Shown here: positions 1 to 13,019 of the stretch, piece after piece | Layout: each line of letters opens with the position of its first letter | How positions within the stretch are numbered: the stretch's first letter is position 1 | NCBI GenBank assembly: GCA_008632985.1 | Contig: QPGO01000026.1 | Location: 1 to 64,000 of the forward strand | Length of the DNA: 64,000 nt | Origin: Psammoneis japonica | Taxonomy: Eukaryota | Direction: 5' to 3' | Made by a program: the position numbers and the translations under genes | The notes under the pieces: model-generated | Told to the model about the DNA's origin: nothing | Seen by the model: only the letters and a program-made list of their open reading frames with translations | Database searches by the model: none

Positions 1-23
1 TTGGGGATGACTCGATCAAGCCA

Positions 24-3000
24 TTGAAGCTGATGCAGTCCCTGACACACGACTCCATGAGAGGTCGTCACCCATTCCACACGTTCACCAAGGCCTCATC
101 CACCTTGCTTGACGTCAGACACCAAGAACATGAGTCACTAAATGACTGCTTGTCACGATTCAAGAATCAACGTGATGCCACTAAAGAAGGAATGGGAGAT
201 GGATTCCTTGACGGTTTCGTCGAGAACACCAAGGAGTGCACCATGGGAACCAGGACACAAAAGGATGAACTTAAGAAGGACGCGCACGAGACATGGACGA
301 CGCATCTGTTCATTCAGAACAGTGACGATCACTGTCACAAGAGTCTTAAGAAGAGTCTGGTACGAGACTACAGTCTCGGAAATGACACGTATCCCAAGGA
401 TTTGGATTCGGCAATGGACGTGTTGTTGAATCATCCCAAAGACAACGATCCGCGAAAAAGAAGCGGGAAGCGAAACGAATCGAAAAGAAACGATCAAGAC
501 AAGAAAAATGAGAAGGACCAGAGTCATGCACAACAGACACACAGGACAAGGCAATCATCTGTGATTGTTGTGGTGTGGGGGGGCACAAATCCAACAAGTG
601 CAAACACCGCAACGATGTCCCCCATGACAAGTGGTTTAAGAACACCAAGAAGAAGCCCGAACTGCTGGGACAGAGCCACGCACAGGCTCGAACTGGCGAA
701 AACAGTTCAGAAGACGACAACACAAGCGTTGATTCAATCAGTGGCATCAGGTCGTTGCGGTCCAATGGAAATAGAAGGTCTTGGCATTCATCACATTTGC
801 AAGTGACGAACGAGAGCACGCAGGTCAGCATGAACCAGAGCTCATCAAACATCGAGTCAGATGAATTGATCCTCGACAATGGATCCACCCTTGGCATGGC
901 AGCGAGTGGGAACCTCGTGCACAATGTCAGACCAGCAAAGGTCAAGATCGACCCATCAACGAACACAGGAGTGGACACGCTGGATGAAGACTGTGCCATG
1001 CCAGGATGGGGTGACATGAAACTCGGGACAAAGAATGCACTTGCGAACATCCTCAGTTTACGAGACGTCAAGAAAAAGTGCAACGTGACCTGTGACACGC
1101 GAGCAGCCGATGAATTCCGCTCACTGGGTGAGAAGTCGGGGAAGCAAGTCGCGGTGTTCAAGGTGAACAGCATTGGCCTGTGCACGTTCACACCGAGCAA
1201 TGGATTCCCAGGTTGCATGAAGGAGCTCCAAGAAGCAGAGCAACATGCAAACATGAATGTGACAGGATCCAAGCAATCGAAGCGCAAGAAGTGCGGGCCA
1301 GGCAGTGTTGCTGGGACAGTGATTCCGACTGCCAAAGAAAACTCAAAAGGGCACACAAAACGCGAGATCGCGAGGGCAAAAGAGGCTCTCCGATTCTACT
1401 ACGAGGCTGGCATCCCCAGTTTGCGGGATCACAAGCGATTCCTGCGATCAAACCAAGTCAAGAATCTCGACATCATTCCCAAAGACGCCGATCGCATGGT
1501 GGCCATTTGGGGTCCACCTGTGGACGCAGTGAAAGGAAAATCCAAACACGCCCACCATTCCCATGAGAGGAACGACATTGTTTCCTTGCCGCCAGAGCTT
1601 TGTGAGAGACAGAAGGACGGCATTGCTCTGTGCATTGACATCATGGAGGTTTGTGGAGCCAAGCCACTCCATTCTATTGACAAGACGATTAAATGTTGAG
1701 CGAGCGTGCGTTTAAAGTCCAAGAAGCACGTTCACGTGCATGATGCACTGGATGCTGTTCTGCGCCAACACAACAAGGCTTCCTTCAAGATTGACTTCAT
1801 TGAGTGTGATCCTGAATTTAAAGAGATGCTTTCCGACGTTGCGGACGGCATGGACATTGAACTTGTCAGTGCCAACACCAAGGATCACGCACCTGAAGTC
1901 GAGCGCAGCATTCAAACCATTGAGGAACGGACAAGAGCTGCCGTTCAACACGTGCCATGTGAGGCAATGCCCAAGCTCATGTGTGAGCACGCGGCAATCA
2001 AGAACACTGTGATGTCAAACATGCATCTGCAAAAGGAGGGCATCTTGGATGTTTGCAGTCCACACACTGTCCCACAACGCAGGAATCTCGACTGCACCAA
2101 ACATTTTGCTTTCACTTTCGGTGAATTTGTTCTTTCACACGTCGAGAATTCCCCCACGAATGCAATGGAAACACGTGGGATCGACAGTGTCCACCTGCGC
2201 CCCCGTCACGACACGGACAAAGGGGGACACTACACTGTGAATCTCCACACAGGGAAACTTCTTAACCCCTGCAAATGCACTGCAGTCCCTTTAACCGATG
2301 CCCACGTTCGGGCGGTTGAACGCATGGCCTCTCGTCAAGGCATCAAGGACTTCAAGTTCACCGGCAAATGTGGTGACAATCTTCGTGATGCTGATTGGAC
2401 TGCAGGAGTGGACAACAGCAACAGCGACAACGACAGCGACAGCGACAACGACAGCGACAGTGACAGCGACAACGACAGTGACAACGACAACGATGACGAA
2501 TGTGAATCTGACGAAGAACACAAAGAAACCAATGCAATCCTCGCAGAAGATGGATCCAGTCCAAATCAACACCAAGAAGAGACGAAACAACCAGGAGAAT
2601 CGGCAGAAACAACAAGCCAAACCACAAGATCAGGACGCAGCTGCAACACAAAAGCAAAGACAAGTGACACGAGAAAGAAAGTCCACTTTGCAGGAGTGGC
2701 GAGAACCCAAGAAGAAGAACAAGAGCTGAGAAAGCTTAAGTGCTGCCACAATGTCCTGACCAACGGGAGTCCTAACCCACAAGACGACACAGACTACGAC
2801 CATGAAGAAGGATTGGTCACTGCATTTTTCATGTGCGAATGTGATGACAGAGCACGAGCAGGAAAGGAGATGTCGTTCGGTCAGCAACATCCACCACACA
2901 AAGGTCTCAAACTGTTTGGACAGCGAGGACATGACGCCTCACAGAAAGAAATGAAACAACTGCACGACCGAGTTTGCTTCCAACCGGTGTCAGTGAAAAG

Positions 3001-4486
3001 CCTGACTCCGACCGAGAGGAAGAAGGCGATGACAGCCCTGATGTTCCTCACAGAGAAACGCGACGGTCGCATCAAAGGGCGGATGGCACACAATGGAAAA
3101 CCATCCAGAGAATGGCTGGACAAAGACGAATCAGCCAGTCCGACAGCATCATTGGAAGGAATCCTGATGACTGCGGCAATCAATGCAGACGAGGGATGTG
3201 ACATTATGAGCGCTGATGTCCCCAACGCATTCATTCAAACAGAAGTTCCAGAACCCAAGGAAGGCGAGGAACGAATCATGATGAAGATTGCAGGTTCACT
3301 TGCAGACATGCTGGCAAGCATTGATCCGAACTTGTGTGGACCGCACGCAGTCCTGGAAAAAGGAAAGAGAGTCCTTTACGTCCAAGTCGTCAGAGCAATC
3401 TACGGCATGCTTGTTGCCACATTGCTGTGGTACAAGAAGTTCCGTAAAGACTTGGAAAGGGCAGGGTTCAAGTTCAACCCACATGACCCGTGCATTGCTG
3501 ACCGAATTGTCAACGGAAAGCAGCACACAGTGCGATTTCACGTGGATGACTTACTGTCAAGCCACATCAACCCAAAAGTTAACGACAAGTTCCTCAACTG
3601 GTTAAACAGAAAGCACAGGAGTCACGGCAAAGTCGTGGCGACGAGGGGTCCGAGACATGACTGCCTCGGCATGATCCTGGACTTCACTGACAAAGGGAAG
3701 GTGATGGCAGACATGAGAAAGTGTGTCGGATCTGTGATTGACGAATTTCCAGAAAAGATCAAGAGCACAGATTTTGCTGTGACACCAGCAGGGGAGAACC
3801 TGTTTGAGGTGGTTGGAACAAAATTGCCACCAGAGAAAGCACAGATGTTCCATGCGTGGGCAGCGAAAGGACCACTTGCATCCAAACGTGGACGCATGGA
3901 CGTCCATCCGACGATGTCAGCATTGTGCACACGGACAAGAGAGCCTGCCAACAAAGACTGGGCGAAGCTCATCCGGCACCTCAAGTGTCTGAATCGAACG
4001 CGTGACGAGGTGGCCACCCTGAGCGCAAAAGATCTCTGAGTGACAAAGTGGCACGTCGACGCATCCTTCGTGGTGCATCCAGATTTCAAGAGCCACACCG
4101 GAGCAGTGATGACAATGGGCAATGGAGCGACACAAGCTGTGTCACGAAGACAGAAATTGAACACCCGAAGCAGTGCAGAAGCCGAACCAGTGGGTGTCGA
4201 TGACGCAATGACCATGATCCCATGGACGAAGCCATTTGTGGAGCACCAAGGATGTCCCATCGACAAGAACATCCTGTGCCAAGACAACAAAAGTGCAACA
4301 CCATTAGAGACGAACGGTCGTCGGAGCGCAGGGAAGCATTCCAGAGCACTGAACATACGATGCTTCTTCGTGTGCGACCAAGTCGAGAAGGGCAACCTAA
4401 CTGTCGAGCACTGTCCCACCGACGCGATGATTGGAGATTTCATGACCAAGCCATTGCAAGGTGAAAAGTTTTTAAAATTCAAATGA
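24..4486 (+). pseudogene. gag-pol polyprotein broken by a frameshift and in-frame TGA stops
   Basis: ORFs 24-806, 575-1699, 1706-4039 and 4040-4486; the last three share a frame and are separated by TGA; many conserved Tyr positions read Cys or His. Confidence 0.9.
2411..2495 (+). repeat. GACAGC/GACAAC hexamer microsatellite encoding an Asp-Ser/Asn tract in the IN-RT linker
   Basis: gacaacagcaacagcgacaacgacagcgacagcgacaac... Confidence 0.9.
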
Positions 4487-4653
4487 GCCGTCATGGGACG
4501 TTAAGTCCCAACGGCAACAGGCAAGATTCCTGTTTGTGACGTCAGACGAGAATTCTGACGCGTGTGGGTGAAAGATCCCTGGCACCCGGAGAATGACGAT
4601 CGTGCGATCTTCCCCGGAGCGAATCATGTTTCGCATGACAACAATGATCGACA

Positions 4654-6084
4654 ATGAATGACGACGAGGAGGCAGACATTGATCAAGCCATCCTGAGCGC
4701 CGTGTTAGAAGCGGCACTGAACGAACGTGTTGGAGACCTCATCAACCAAGTGATGCACCAAGAAAGGGCCACGCGGCACTTGTACAATGAGAAAAGGCCA
4801 CAAGAACATGTCACTCATGACACAACCGGCACAGTGTTGAATCGTTGGCCGAACAACTGTTTTTTAGAGGTGGCAGGCACCTGCGCAATTGATGCAAGCA
4901 TCAAGGATGAGTTTGTCAGGACGGGCGACCTACGTGCCAACAGTCTTCCTGTGGATTTATGGAATGGAAGAAAGGAGGAAGTTCTCCAAGAATGCGGCAC
5001 AAGAGCGCACAAACGAGCAAGGGACCAACTCTCCCTTTGGACAAGAGCGTTTGCACCGAGTTGTGGCGCAAACGTAGAAATGGCAGATGGCGATCTACCT
5101 GCTGAAGAGCCAGTCTTAGCAATGGATGTGCTAGACCATCACATGATTTGCTGGGAAGAGCGATTCGTGACTCACCGTCAGCAATTCAAGGAGGTGTTCA
5201 TGAGACTGTGGAGACAACGTTTTGGTCTCATGGAGTCAGTCTTCGAACTGTGCAAGAAGTGGTCGCCTCCCATGCGGCACTGCATGTCCGCTGCAACACC
5301 GATGTTCTCTCTCCATGACGACATGGAACAGAGACCACTCGAGATCAGGAACAAAAGCCAGACGGCACATGCCACTCGAGACTGCTGGCAATGCTTGGCC
5401 GGTGGACCGCAAGCTCTTAACACAAGGCGATCCAACCTGTGGTGATCGCGAGGCAACATGCTCAAGCTTGCACTAGACCGCAGTGACATTGACCAACTTG
5501 ACTTGTCACGAACCTGTGGTTTGCCGTTGTGTGGGGTTGACACCCACGGCGAAGTTGGAGGACTCATGGATTTGAACGTGGATCCTTTTGAATCACGTCA
5601 GCAGAATCGCAACATGGACAATCTCGTCCGGCACTCATTGGCCATTGATGGCAATGGAACAATGTACGATGGATTCAAGCTGGCAATGTTCTTCAGCCTC
5701 AATGCCAACTGGCTGTCCAATCGCGGAAGCCTGTGGCTTGTCAGCCAAGCAACTTTTTTCGAGTTACGTCCAGACGCAATCCATGGATGGACCAAGGACG
5801 TTGTTACGAACCTGGAGACCAAGTGCAAAGGTGGCTTCAGCAACGATGTCGTGAAAGAACGAATCCGACGCGACTGTGCAACCCAATTCGTGCGCTGTGT
5901 CGAAGGCATCACCGATTCATTCAATGGCATGCTTGACTTTTTGAATCCTGGTCAGACACAGTGGTGTCACAGCACCGAAGCCGACGTGAGTGTGGAAGGG
6001 ACAGGTGTTCCCGATGTGACAGGATACGATGTCATTCCAAAGGGCGCTGTTCCCACTTACGACGTTCAAGAACAATTGATGTGA
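4654..6084 (+). pseudogene. additional ORF (~477 codons, unknown function) between pol and the 3' LTR
   Basis: ORFs 4654-5445 and 5458-6084 share a frame, separated by one TGA; ends just before the PPT. Confidence 0.65.
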
Positions 6085-6096
6085 GTGGCAGGAGTG

Positions 6097-6464
6097 TGTT
6101 GGAGCATGTGAGTGTGGGGTGAAAGCAACCCGAACACACGTGAATTGAAGTGAAAGACAAGTGAGGCTCCATGCGCGTGCAATCCGATGACGTGTGCATT
6201 CCGATGACTGCATCTTCTTCGTCATCGATCTGTCGTTCACGCAACAACTTTCTCACTCTTTAGAGTGAATCATCTGGTTTGTCATCTGTGTTGATTGGCA
6301 CTGGGAAGCATCTGTTAAAACAAACATCTAACAAGCAAACGAAGTTTGTGCTGGGCAATCTTCTGGGCAAACCACAGCCGCACAAGCAGCCAGGACGAGT
6401 GTGACGAGAGCGGAGGATTCTTCATGAGATCCCTGTTTGCCGCCATTGACTCGTCGGTTCAACA
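6097..6464 (+). repeat. 3' LTR of the first copia element
   Basis: TGTTG...CAACA inverted termini; preceded by the purine-rich tract (gagtggcaggagtg), whose caggagtg end also precedes LTRs A and B of the minus-strand copia tandem; partner LTR is outside the window. Confidence 0.75.
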
Positions 6465-6627
6465 CTCAATGAACAGACCAACCTGACAAATCAGTGTTTG
6501 GAGCTTGTCTTTTGGATGCAAAGAGCACACAACATGTTTGGATGACTTGCTTGAACTGTTTTGGGGGGGGGGGGCGATGGGAGACATTGAATTGCATGTG
6601 GCTTGGGTGGGAAAATCTTTACTTTAA

Positions 6628-7114
6628 GGTAGCACGGGTGCAAAAGTGGGCCAGATTCTGCGTGCACAAGCTTGGCATGTTTTCCACACAAATCGCCAAT
6701 GTCGGCTCGCCAACTTGAGCCCTCTCCCGGACGATGGAAACTTGGACATTTCACATGACAAAGTGCTCAAACTGCTCAGCTGCACTCCCCTCGACTTGTT
6801 TGTGAAGAGAAGCTGCAAGTTTCCACAGGTTTCTTGTTTTGTGTGGCTCTTTAAAACTCGAATGTCCGATTTTGGCACCTCTCTGATCAGACTCGTTGCA
6901 TGTTCTCAGAAACCTGTGAAAACTTGCAACTTCTCTCCCCAAACAAGTCAAGGGGAGTGCAGCTGGGCAGTCAAAGCACTTTGTTGTGTGAAATGTCCAA
7001 GTTTCCATCATCCGGGAGAGGGTTCAAGTTGGCGAACCGACTTTGGCGATTTGTGTAGAAAACATACTAAGCGCTACGTACGTAGAATCTGGCCCACTTT
7101 TGTACTGTACCACC
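6628..7114. mobile_element. MITE with ~125-bp terminal inverted repeats flanked by TTAA
   Basis: 6628-6755 is the reverse complement of ~6987-7114; TTAA at 6624-6627 and 7115-7118; no credible coding capacity. Confidence 0.85.
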
Positions 7115-7374
7115 TTAACGAGCGCTCGCTTTCGCGCATCCCATTTCGTCTGGCCATGAACAGTTTTGGAACTGTGCCTCGCGCGAACAAGACATGCCGC
7201 GCGCACACAGATCCACGACTGATCAGTTGCGGATACTCGCGGGTGGAATAATCTTTGTTCGTTCCACTCTTGTCAACAGAAGTTCAACCAGAATTTGACA
7301 CGACACCCCTCACTCGTTCCGTTACTTGTAATGGCATCAACCACATTCCTCTCTATTGTCATTCTCTTTACACC

Positions 7375-10187
7375 ATGAAGATCCGCTATCATGACAAGAC
7401 TTGCATTTGTGGTCGTGAAGAGTGCAAGGGGATTGCCACCGCCTTTTACTTGTTTGATGATGCTCGCGGCGGCTGCACCAGAGTCCCAACGCACTTGGAC
7501 CGCACGAAAAGTGCCCGCGACTTGCACAGGAACGAATGGAGAAAGGTCTTGATGGATTACATCAATTCTGAAGACTTTGAAAAGTCTTCGGTGGAAGCGG
7601 TTGCTGATGGTAAATCTTCCGTCTACATTGCCAACCATCATTTTCACCCAAACATTGTGGTGGCTGCACAAGCCAATACGAGCCCGGATGCGAGCTTCAA
7701 GATGCCCATGATGATTCCCAAACAAGATGCGGAACGTCACGGATGGAAACCCCAAGACATGCACGTCGTTTGTGACAAGAACGGCAAACCGACAGACAAA
7801 GTCTATTGCATTCCCAACTACAGCTTTGATGCAGTCAAGCAAGACATCAAGAAAGCATCTCATCAAAACGTTGTAGCTCATAACATCATGTTGGTGGAGC
7901 GTAAGGATGCCGAGGCTAAAAGAGCTGCAAAGGCTGGTCGTGCTGCCGGAGCCTCGGTGCCTGGTGCCGTCTCGGTACCTGGAGTTGCTTCTACGACCAC
8001 GACGACGCCTTCCGAATCCAACGTCGCGGACCGTCAAGACAAGAGTCGCGGTGCTGCTGTGGCGGGTACAATGGCAGTGGCGGGTGCCGCAGGTGCCGCA
8101 GCCGCAATTACCGCCAGCTCTAGTGCAAACCAACAAGTGATGGACCGGCAAATGAAAGAAAATGCAAAAGCCGGAATCTCGAGTGGTAATCAAGTTCAGC
8201 CACAAGATGATGAAGATATTATGGTCAGCGGCGCACGTGCTTTGGAAGAGGCTCCTTCGAGTAGCAAAGAAAAAGACGCTGTCAAGCTTGGCCAATTCAG
8301 TCCTTACCATGACGAAGAACAGTTTGCAGGCCCCGAAATGACTGAGCCAGGCCCCGAAAGCATCCCTGGTGCTGCAGCAGGCCAATATGGTGTAGAACCT
8401 GCGGAGTATGGAAGCAACCAGGCGAGAGACCCTCTGGTTCACGCATTCTTGGTTGATGAAGAAGCCAACAATCGTGGGGCTGACAGCCGTCCAACCCACG
8501 ACTCTTATGGAGATGGTGTCGCGCAGGACGACCCCAACCTTCCACCGAGTGTTCCTGCCAAGGCTGTTGAATACAAGCCGTGGTACAAAAAGCCTCCTAT
8601 TTTGATTGGACTAGGATTGCTAGTTGCTGGTATAATTGGAATTATCTTGGGAGTGACGCTTTCAGACAACGGCGGCGGAGGCAATCCCACCGACACCATG
8701 TCTCCTACTGCCAGTCCGGCTCCAACTGCTCAAACTGTTGTGACAATGGTCATGCAGTTAGATAGAAACCCACAGGAGACGGGATGGGTTCTTGAATGTG
8801 ATGAGGTGGAAATTCAAAGGGTACCAGAAGGTTTGTCGTGTGCTCTTGTCTTTTCTCTATTCTTTTGAAGATTGTCTCACCGCTCGCGCCTCATTCTTGT
8901 GCCGTAATGTATTTATCAGGCTCTTACGCTTTTCTCCCAATCGGTGTTTTGATACCAAGCTTTCGCCTTGAAATCACTGCGGATGTGGTTGTTGGCAGCG
9001 AATGTCTCTTCAACATTACAGATGCGGGAGGCGACGGTCTCCTTGGCGGCTTTTATGAAGTCTACTTTGGAAATGATGTCGGCAATGCTGCCAACTTGAT
9101 TGCAAGAGGAGTTCCCCAGTCGCAGCAAACGCTCATTCCTTTTGTCGTCGACCTTCCACCGGCTGCGTTTGAGCCATCTACCGCTCCCGTTACGCCGCGT
9201 CCTGCCATGCCATCAACTGAGCCGCCCGCTGCCTCCGACGTGTGCACGGTTTGTCCTGATGGCTCCCCGGTACCCAACCCCAACATTATCATTTTTGAGT
9301 CGGGCATGACTTGCGGTGAGATGGATTCGTCAGCAAGGAATGTGACCAATTCCACCGAATGTAAGGTGACATTTGAAAGTCTTGCGACAGATTGTGGTTG
9401 TGAAAACTTTTGTAGCACCCTTTGTTCCGATGGAAGTCTCATTGATGAATCTCAAGAAGAAACCCTCGTCCGAGTTGACCGTGGTTTTCCAGTTACTTGT
9501 GGAGACATTCAAGATCAAATCATGGCTCGAAAATCAACGGCGAGTGATTGCCTCACGGCTGGGTTTATCGGTGAAGAAATATGCATGTGTCCATCAGAGG
9601 GTATGTTTTGTGTTTTTCTTTCTCTACGGTGTTGTGAGTGACACAGAGATTGTCTCACCACTCGTGCGTTACTTATTCCTATCGGCACAAAAGGTTCATT
9701 CTGTCGTATTTGCGAACCGGGAGGTCCGACTCGTGTACCAGGAAACCTCACGAGGGAAATTATTCCAGGCATTGCATGCGAGGATATTTCTGGTATCGCG
9801 TTTTCCCTGCTGAGGTCCGATCCTCGGTTTAGCCTCATTTGTCCTGCCTGCTTGGGAATTGGAGCCTATTGTGGATGCCCTCAAGTCGAGAATCCCCGAA
9901 CATTCTGTCGTCTTTGTGGTGGTACCAATGATCTTCTTCCTGCACCGGATCGACTTGTATTTTCTCCGACGCTCAATCAGACTACGACATGTTTCCATGT
10001 AAGTTGATCCGTGCTTTTTTTTTGCTTTAATTGACCCAGCTTACATTGTGTTTTGTCCACGCATTTGTTCATGCTCAACAAGGTTGAATTCTTCTCCAAT
10101 CTGGGAATTGCACCGAATGGGACAACATCGGTGATCCCAGACTGTTCTGTTGTTCAAGAGGAAAGTGCAGCGGAATGCTGCACTTAG
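7375..10187 (+). CDS. 4-exon gene for a single-pass membrane protein: THAP-like N-terminus, low-complexity linker, TM helix, Cys-rich C-terminal repeats
   Basis: Exons 7375-8830, 8920-9600, 9694-9998, 10083-10187; GT-AG introns 8831-8919, 9601-9693, 9999-10082 preserve frame to TAG at 10185-10187; TM segment ILIGLGLLVAGIIGIILGVTL; CxxC..TC..C..CGC repeats; normal TpA content. Confidence 0.8.
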
Positions 10188-10227
10188 AAGATGCGAAGAG
10201 TGTTACATTCTTCATTGTTGGTGTTAT

Positions 10228-10330
10228 GTTGTTGGTGGTACTTGTGTGTTGTGGCTGTGCATCAGGGTTTAGGAGCAGCAGTGCGATCCACCTGCGAGTT
10301 ACACACTGCGTCTCCTGTCACTGTGAACAT
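10228..10330 (+). repeat. dispersed repeat, paralogous to ~24807-24908
   Basis: Shared ttgttggtggtacttgtgtgttgtgg..gcatcagggtt.aggagcagcagtgcgatccac.tgc.agttac..; tggagtaggtt motif follows both copies. Confidence 0.8.
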
Positions 10331-13019
10331 CTGTTTTCTCTTGCGTTGGAGAATAACTAATCTCACTTGTATTCGGTCTCTACGATGTTTTGGTGGGTTT
10401 AGTCTTGATCAATCTTTTTAAGTTTCAACTTAGCAATGGTGGTGGCTCTGATGCACAATATTTGTTTTCTTTTATGTTGGAGTAGGTTCAGTTTTATCTC
10501 AGCAGTGGTGTTAGCTCTGCTGCACATACCCACTGCGTCTCCTGTGACTGTGAACATTATTTGTTTTCTCATGTTGGAGCAGGCTTAGTTTTGACGAATC
10601 TTTCTATTCAGCCAGATGTTCGTGCGCAATTTCTGGTGCACCGTAGACTTCAGCACGAATTCTGCTGCGGTCGGATTCAGCTTGGCCGAGCCACATTTTC
10701 AGTCGTCAACATTTTCTTCAAAAAGCTGAGCATCACAATGAAAGAAGAATCAAACTGTCACAAGTCCCTGCAGGTGGGGAACATGGTTTGGGGGGTCCAA
10801 GTGCAATTTTGAACACCATGTCGCGGCAAGATGCGCTCGGGTTGTGTTGGGGCATTGCCTTTCCATGTCATGCCACATCGCATCACGTTGCCCTCATCTG
10901 CCCATGATTTCCTTTCTTCTCTGGACAATGTGTGCTGTGTGATCATTGTTTGAATTCCAAATCACAACCCATGCCATGTTTGTGTGTGATGCATTGAATT
11001 CTCCTGCACCATCTCTCGCCACTTGTTGCGGCAATGGGCAAACTTCTCCTTGTTGTTTGCACTGCATGGGTGCCTGAGGCAAGACCATGCAATTGGGCTG
11101 ACTTGGACAGTCCACAACTCATGCATCCCCAACAGACTCTTGCTCAACCCATCCACTCGTCCTCCCAAGGTGACAGCATTGCGTGCTGTGTCCAACCATC
11201 AACCTTGTTGCTGAGCCTCCCCCAATGACTCTGAGTCCAACAACAAGACCATGGTGCTTCCAATTGATGTGCTAAATGACCACCATCCACCGGTGTGCCG
11301 CCACCTGTGGACAGTCCAGGGTGCATTGCTTGTCTTTGAACTCTTGTTGGTGGAGCAATTGACTGCTGGAAGTGCACTTGGGACTCTCCAGCCAGCTGGC
11401 AGCAGTGCATGATGCATCTGCCCCACACAAAGGATCAAGCACCTCTTCCTGGTGACTTCATGGCATGGAACTTGCTCAATGTGCAGGAAAGAACAGCTGC
11501 CATGGTGAGCTCATGCCCAAGGCTCTACTCTGCTTTGACCTTCTGGAATTTCTGCCACCCCCACCAGGCACAACCAAGCTTGCGCGCAATGAGAAAACCC
11601 TCAGCATCATTGTTGAGATGCGCTGCTGCCAAAACATCAGGATTTCACCTCACCAGCAATGGGAAGGGAAGGTGCACATGCCCTTCCTGCACGTGTTGCA
11701 GCAGCACCCAAGAAAGGTAAGAAAAGCTGTGCAACACCAGCGGTGCAATCCTCCAAAGTCAAACACTCCGTGTGTCAACCACCAGCACAACAGCTGCTGC
11801 AATGGGCACAAAAATCAACCCCGCCATTGTCAGACATTCAATGCCAAGACTTGAGCAAGCACATGTTCTTGGCAGATCAAGCTTCAGGCCAATCAACGTG
11901 GCCACCGTGTCATGGCTGGAAATGGGCACAATGAACACAAAAGTTGCTGTCAGCACACCTGATGCAAAACCAAAATTGATGCCAAAGATCTGCAGGACCA
12001 AGGCCAAGAGCACCTTTGTCAGTTGTCTGGTGCCCATGTTGGCACTGCCTCTGCTCACAATTTCTTTGTTGGGAATTTCAGTGCCCCCCCCCCCCCCTCT
12101 TGTCTTGTTCTCAGTGCATCATGTTGCATGACAGGAAGACAAGAACAGCTTGCCTCCTCCACTGCTTCCAGATGAAGAGGCAAATGACAGCTTTTGCTTG
12201 ATCTGCTGTCCCCAGTCTCATGACAATGATGGCTGCTGCATTCTTGGCAGTGCCAAGAATGCCAAAAACATGGGTGATTGGGCCACAGATGCTGGCATGA
12301 CTCTGTTTGATGAAGCCACTTGTGACAGAGGGGGGCAGGTTGTTTTGTCAAATCAGCTGATGAGGATGTCCAGCCATTGCTCCAAAAGGTGGAGTTTGCC
12401 ACAAAATTGTGATGCTGCAGCTTTGCGTGCCCCCCCCCCAATGGTTGCAAGAATGCCAAGGAAATGCAGGCCCTCAAGGCACTTTTTGCTGCTTTTCATC
12501 TATTTCCCAAGCATTTCTGAGAGCAGCGGGTGGCATCAAAATCCCATCAGTGTCAAGCGCTGCAGTTTGTTGTCAACCATGTTTTCCCACATGAATGACA
12601 CAGTGCTCGCTGTCTTCACACAGGCATCCACTGCCATGAGGAGGCAAACAGCAGCAGTTGTGAAGGCAGAAATTTTGCATTGAAGAGCTGCTGTGTTGGC
12701 ACCAATGACTTGGCTGCTGGCGCCAAGAACATGTCCATGCAGGCTGACACAACAACACTGAATTTGTGCCAGGTGTGAGCAACTGCTTGCTGGAGTTGTG
12801 CCATCTGAGGCACTGCCTTTCAGGCCGCATCTGCAGAAAAGCCAGTTGCAAAAAAAAACAGAGCAATTGTGCAACGTTGCAAATCATGGGTCAGCAACAG
12901 CCAGCAGAGGACAACTGCAAACCACTTCTTTCTAAAGCCTGACATTGAACAATGCAGCTGCACTGCTGTGTGGAGCCAAAACAAGCAAGTCACTTCTTGA
13001 GGTGTGAATGGTCTGTGCA

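Larger units (their letters stand above)
1..6464 (+). mobile_element. Ty1/copia LTR retrotransposon (CoDi-like), 5' part outside window, decayed
   Basis: Order gag, zinc knuckle (GHKSNKC), protease (LILDNGST), integrase (IDIM..CDPEF..HAPEVERSI), RT (LTEKRDGRIKGR, ADVPNAFIQT, FHVDD), RNase H (DASF..H.D.KSHTG, DFMTKPLQG), then PPT and 3' LTR. Confidence 0.93.

Noticed and set aside
3535..3550. HVDD in place of YVDD as proof of hypermutation
   Set aside because: All three related RT copies here have HVDD and none has CVDD, and I recall His being native in this copia lineage, so it was not used as evidence
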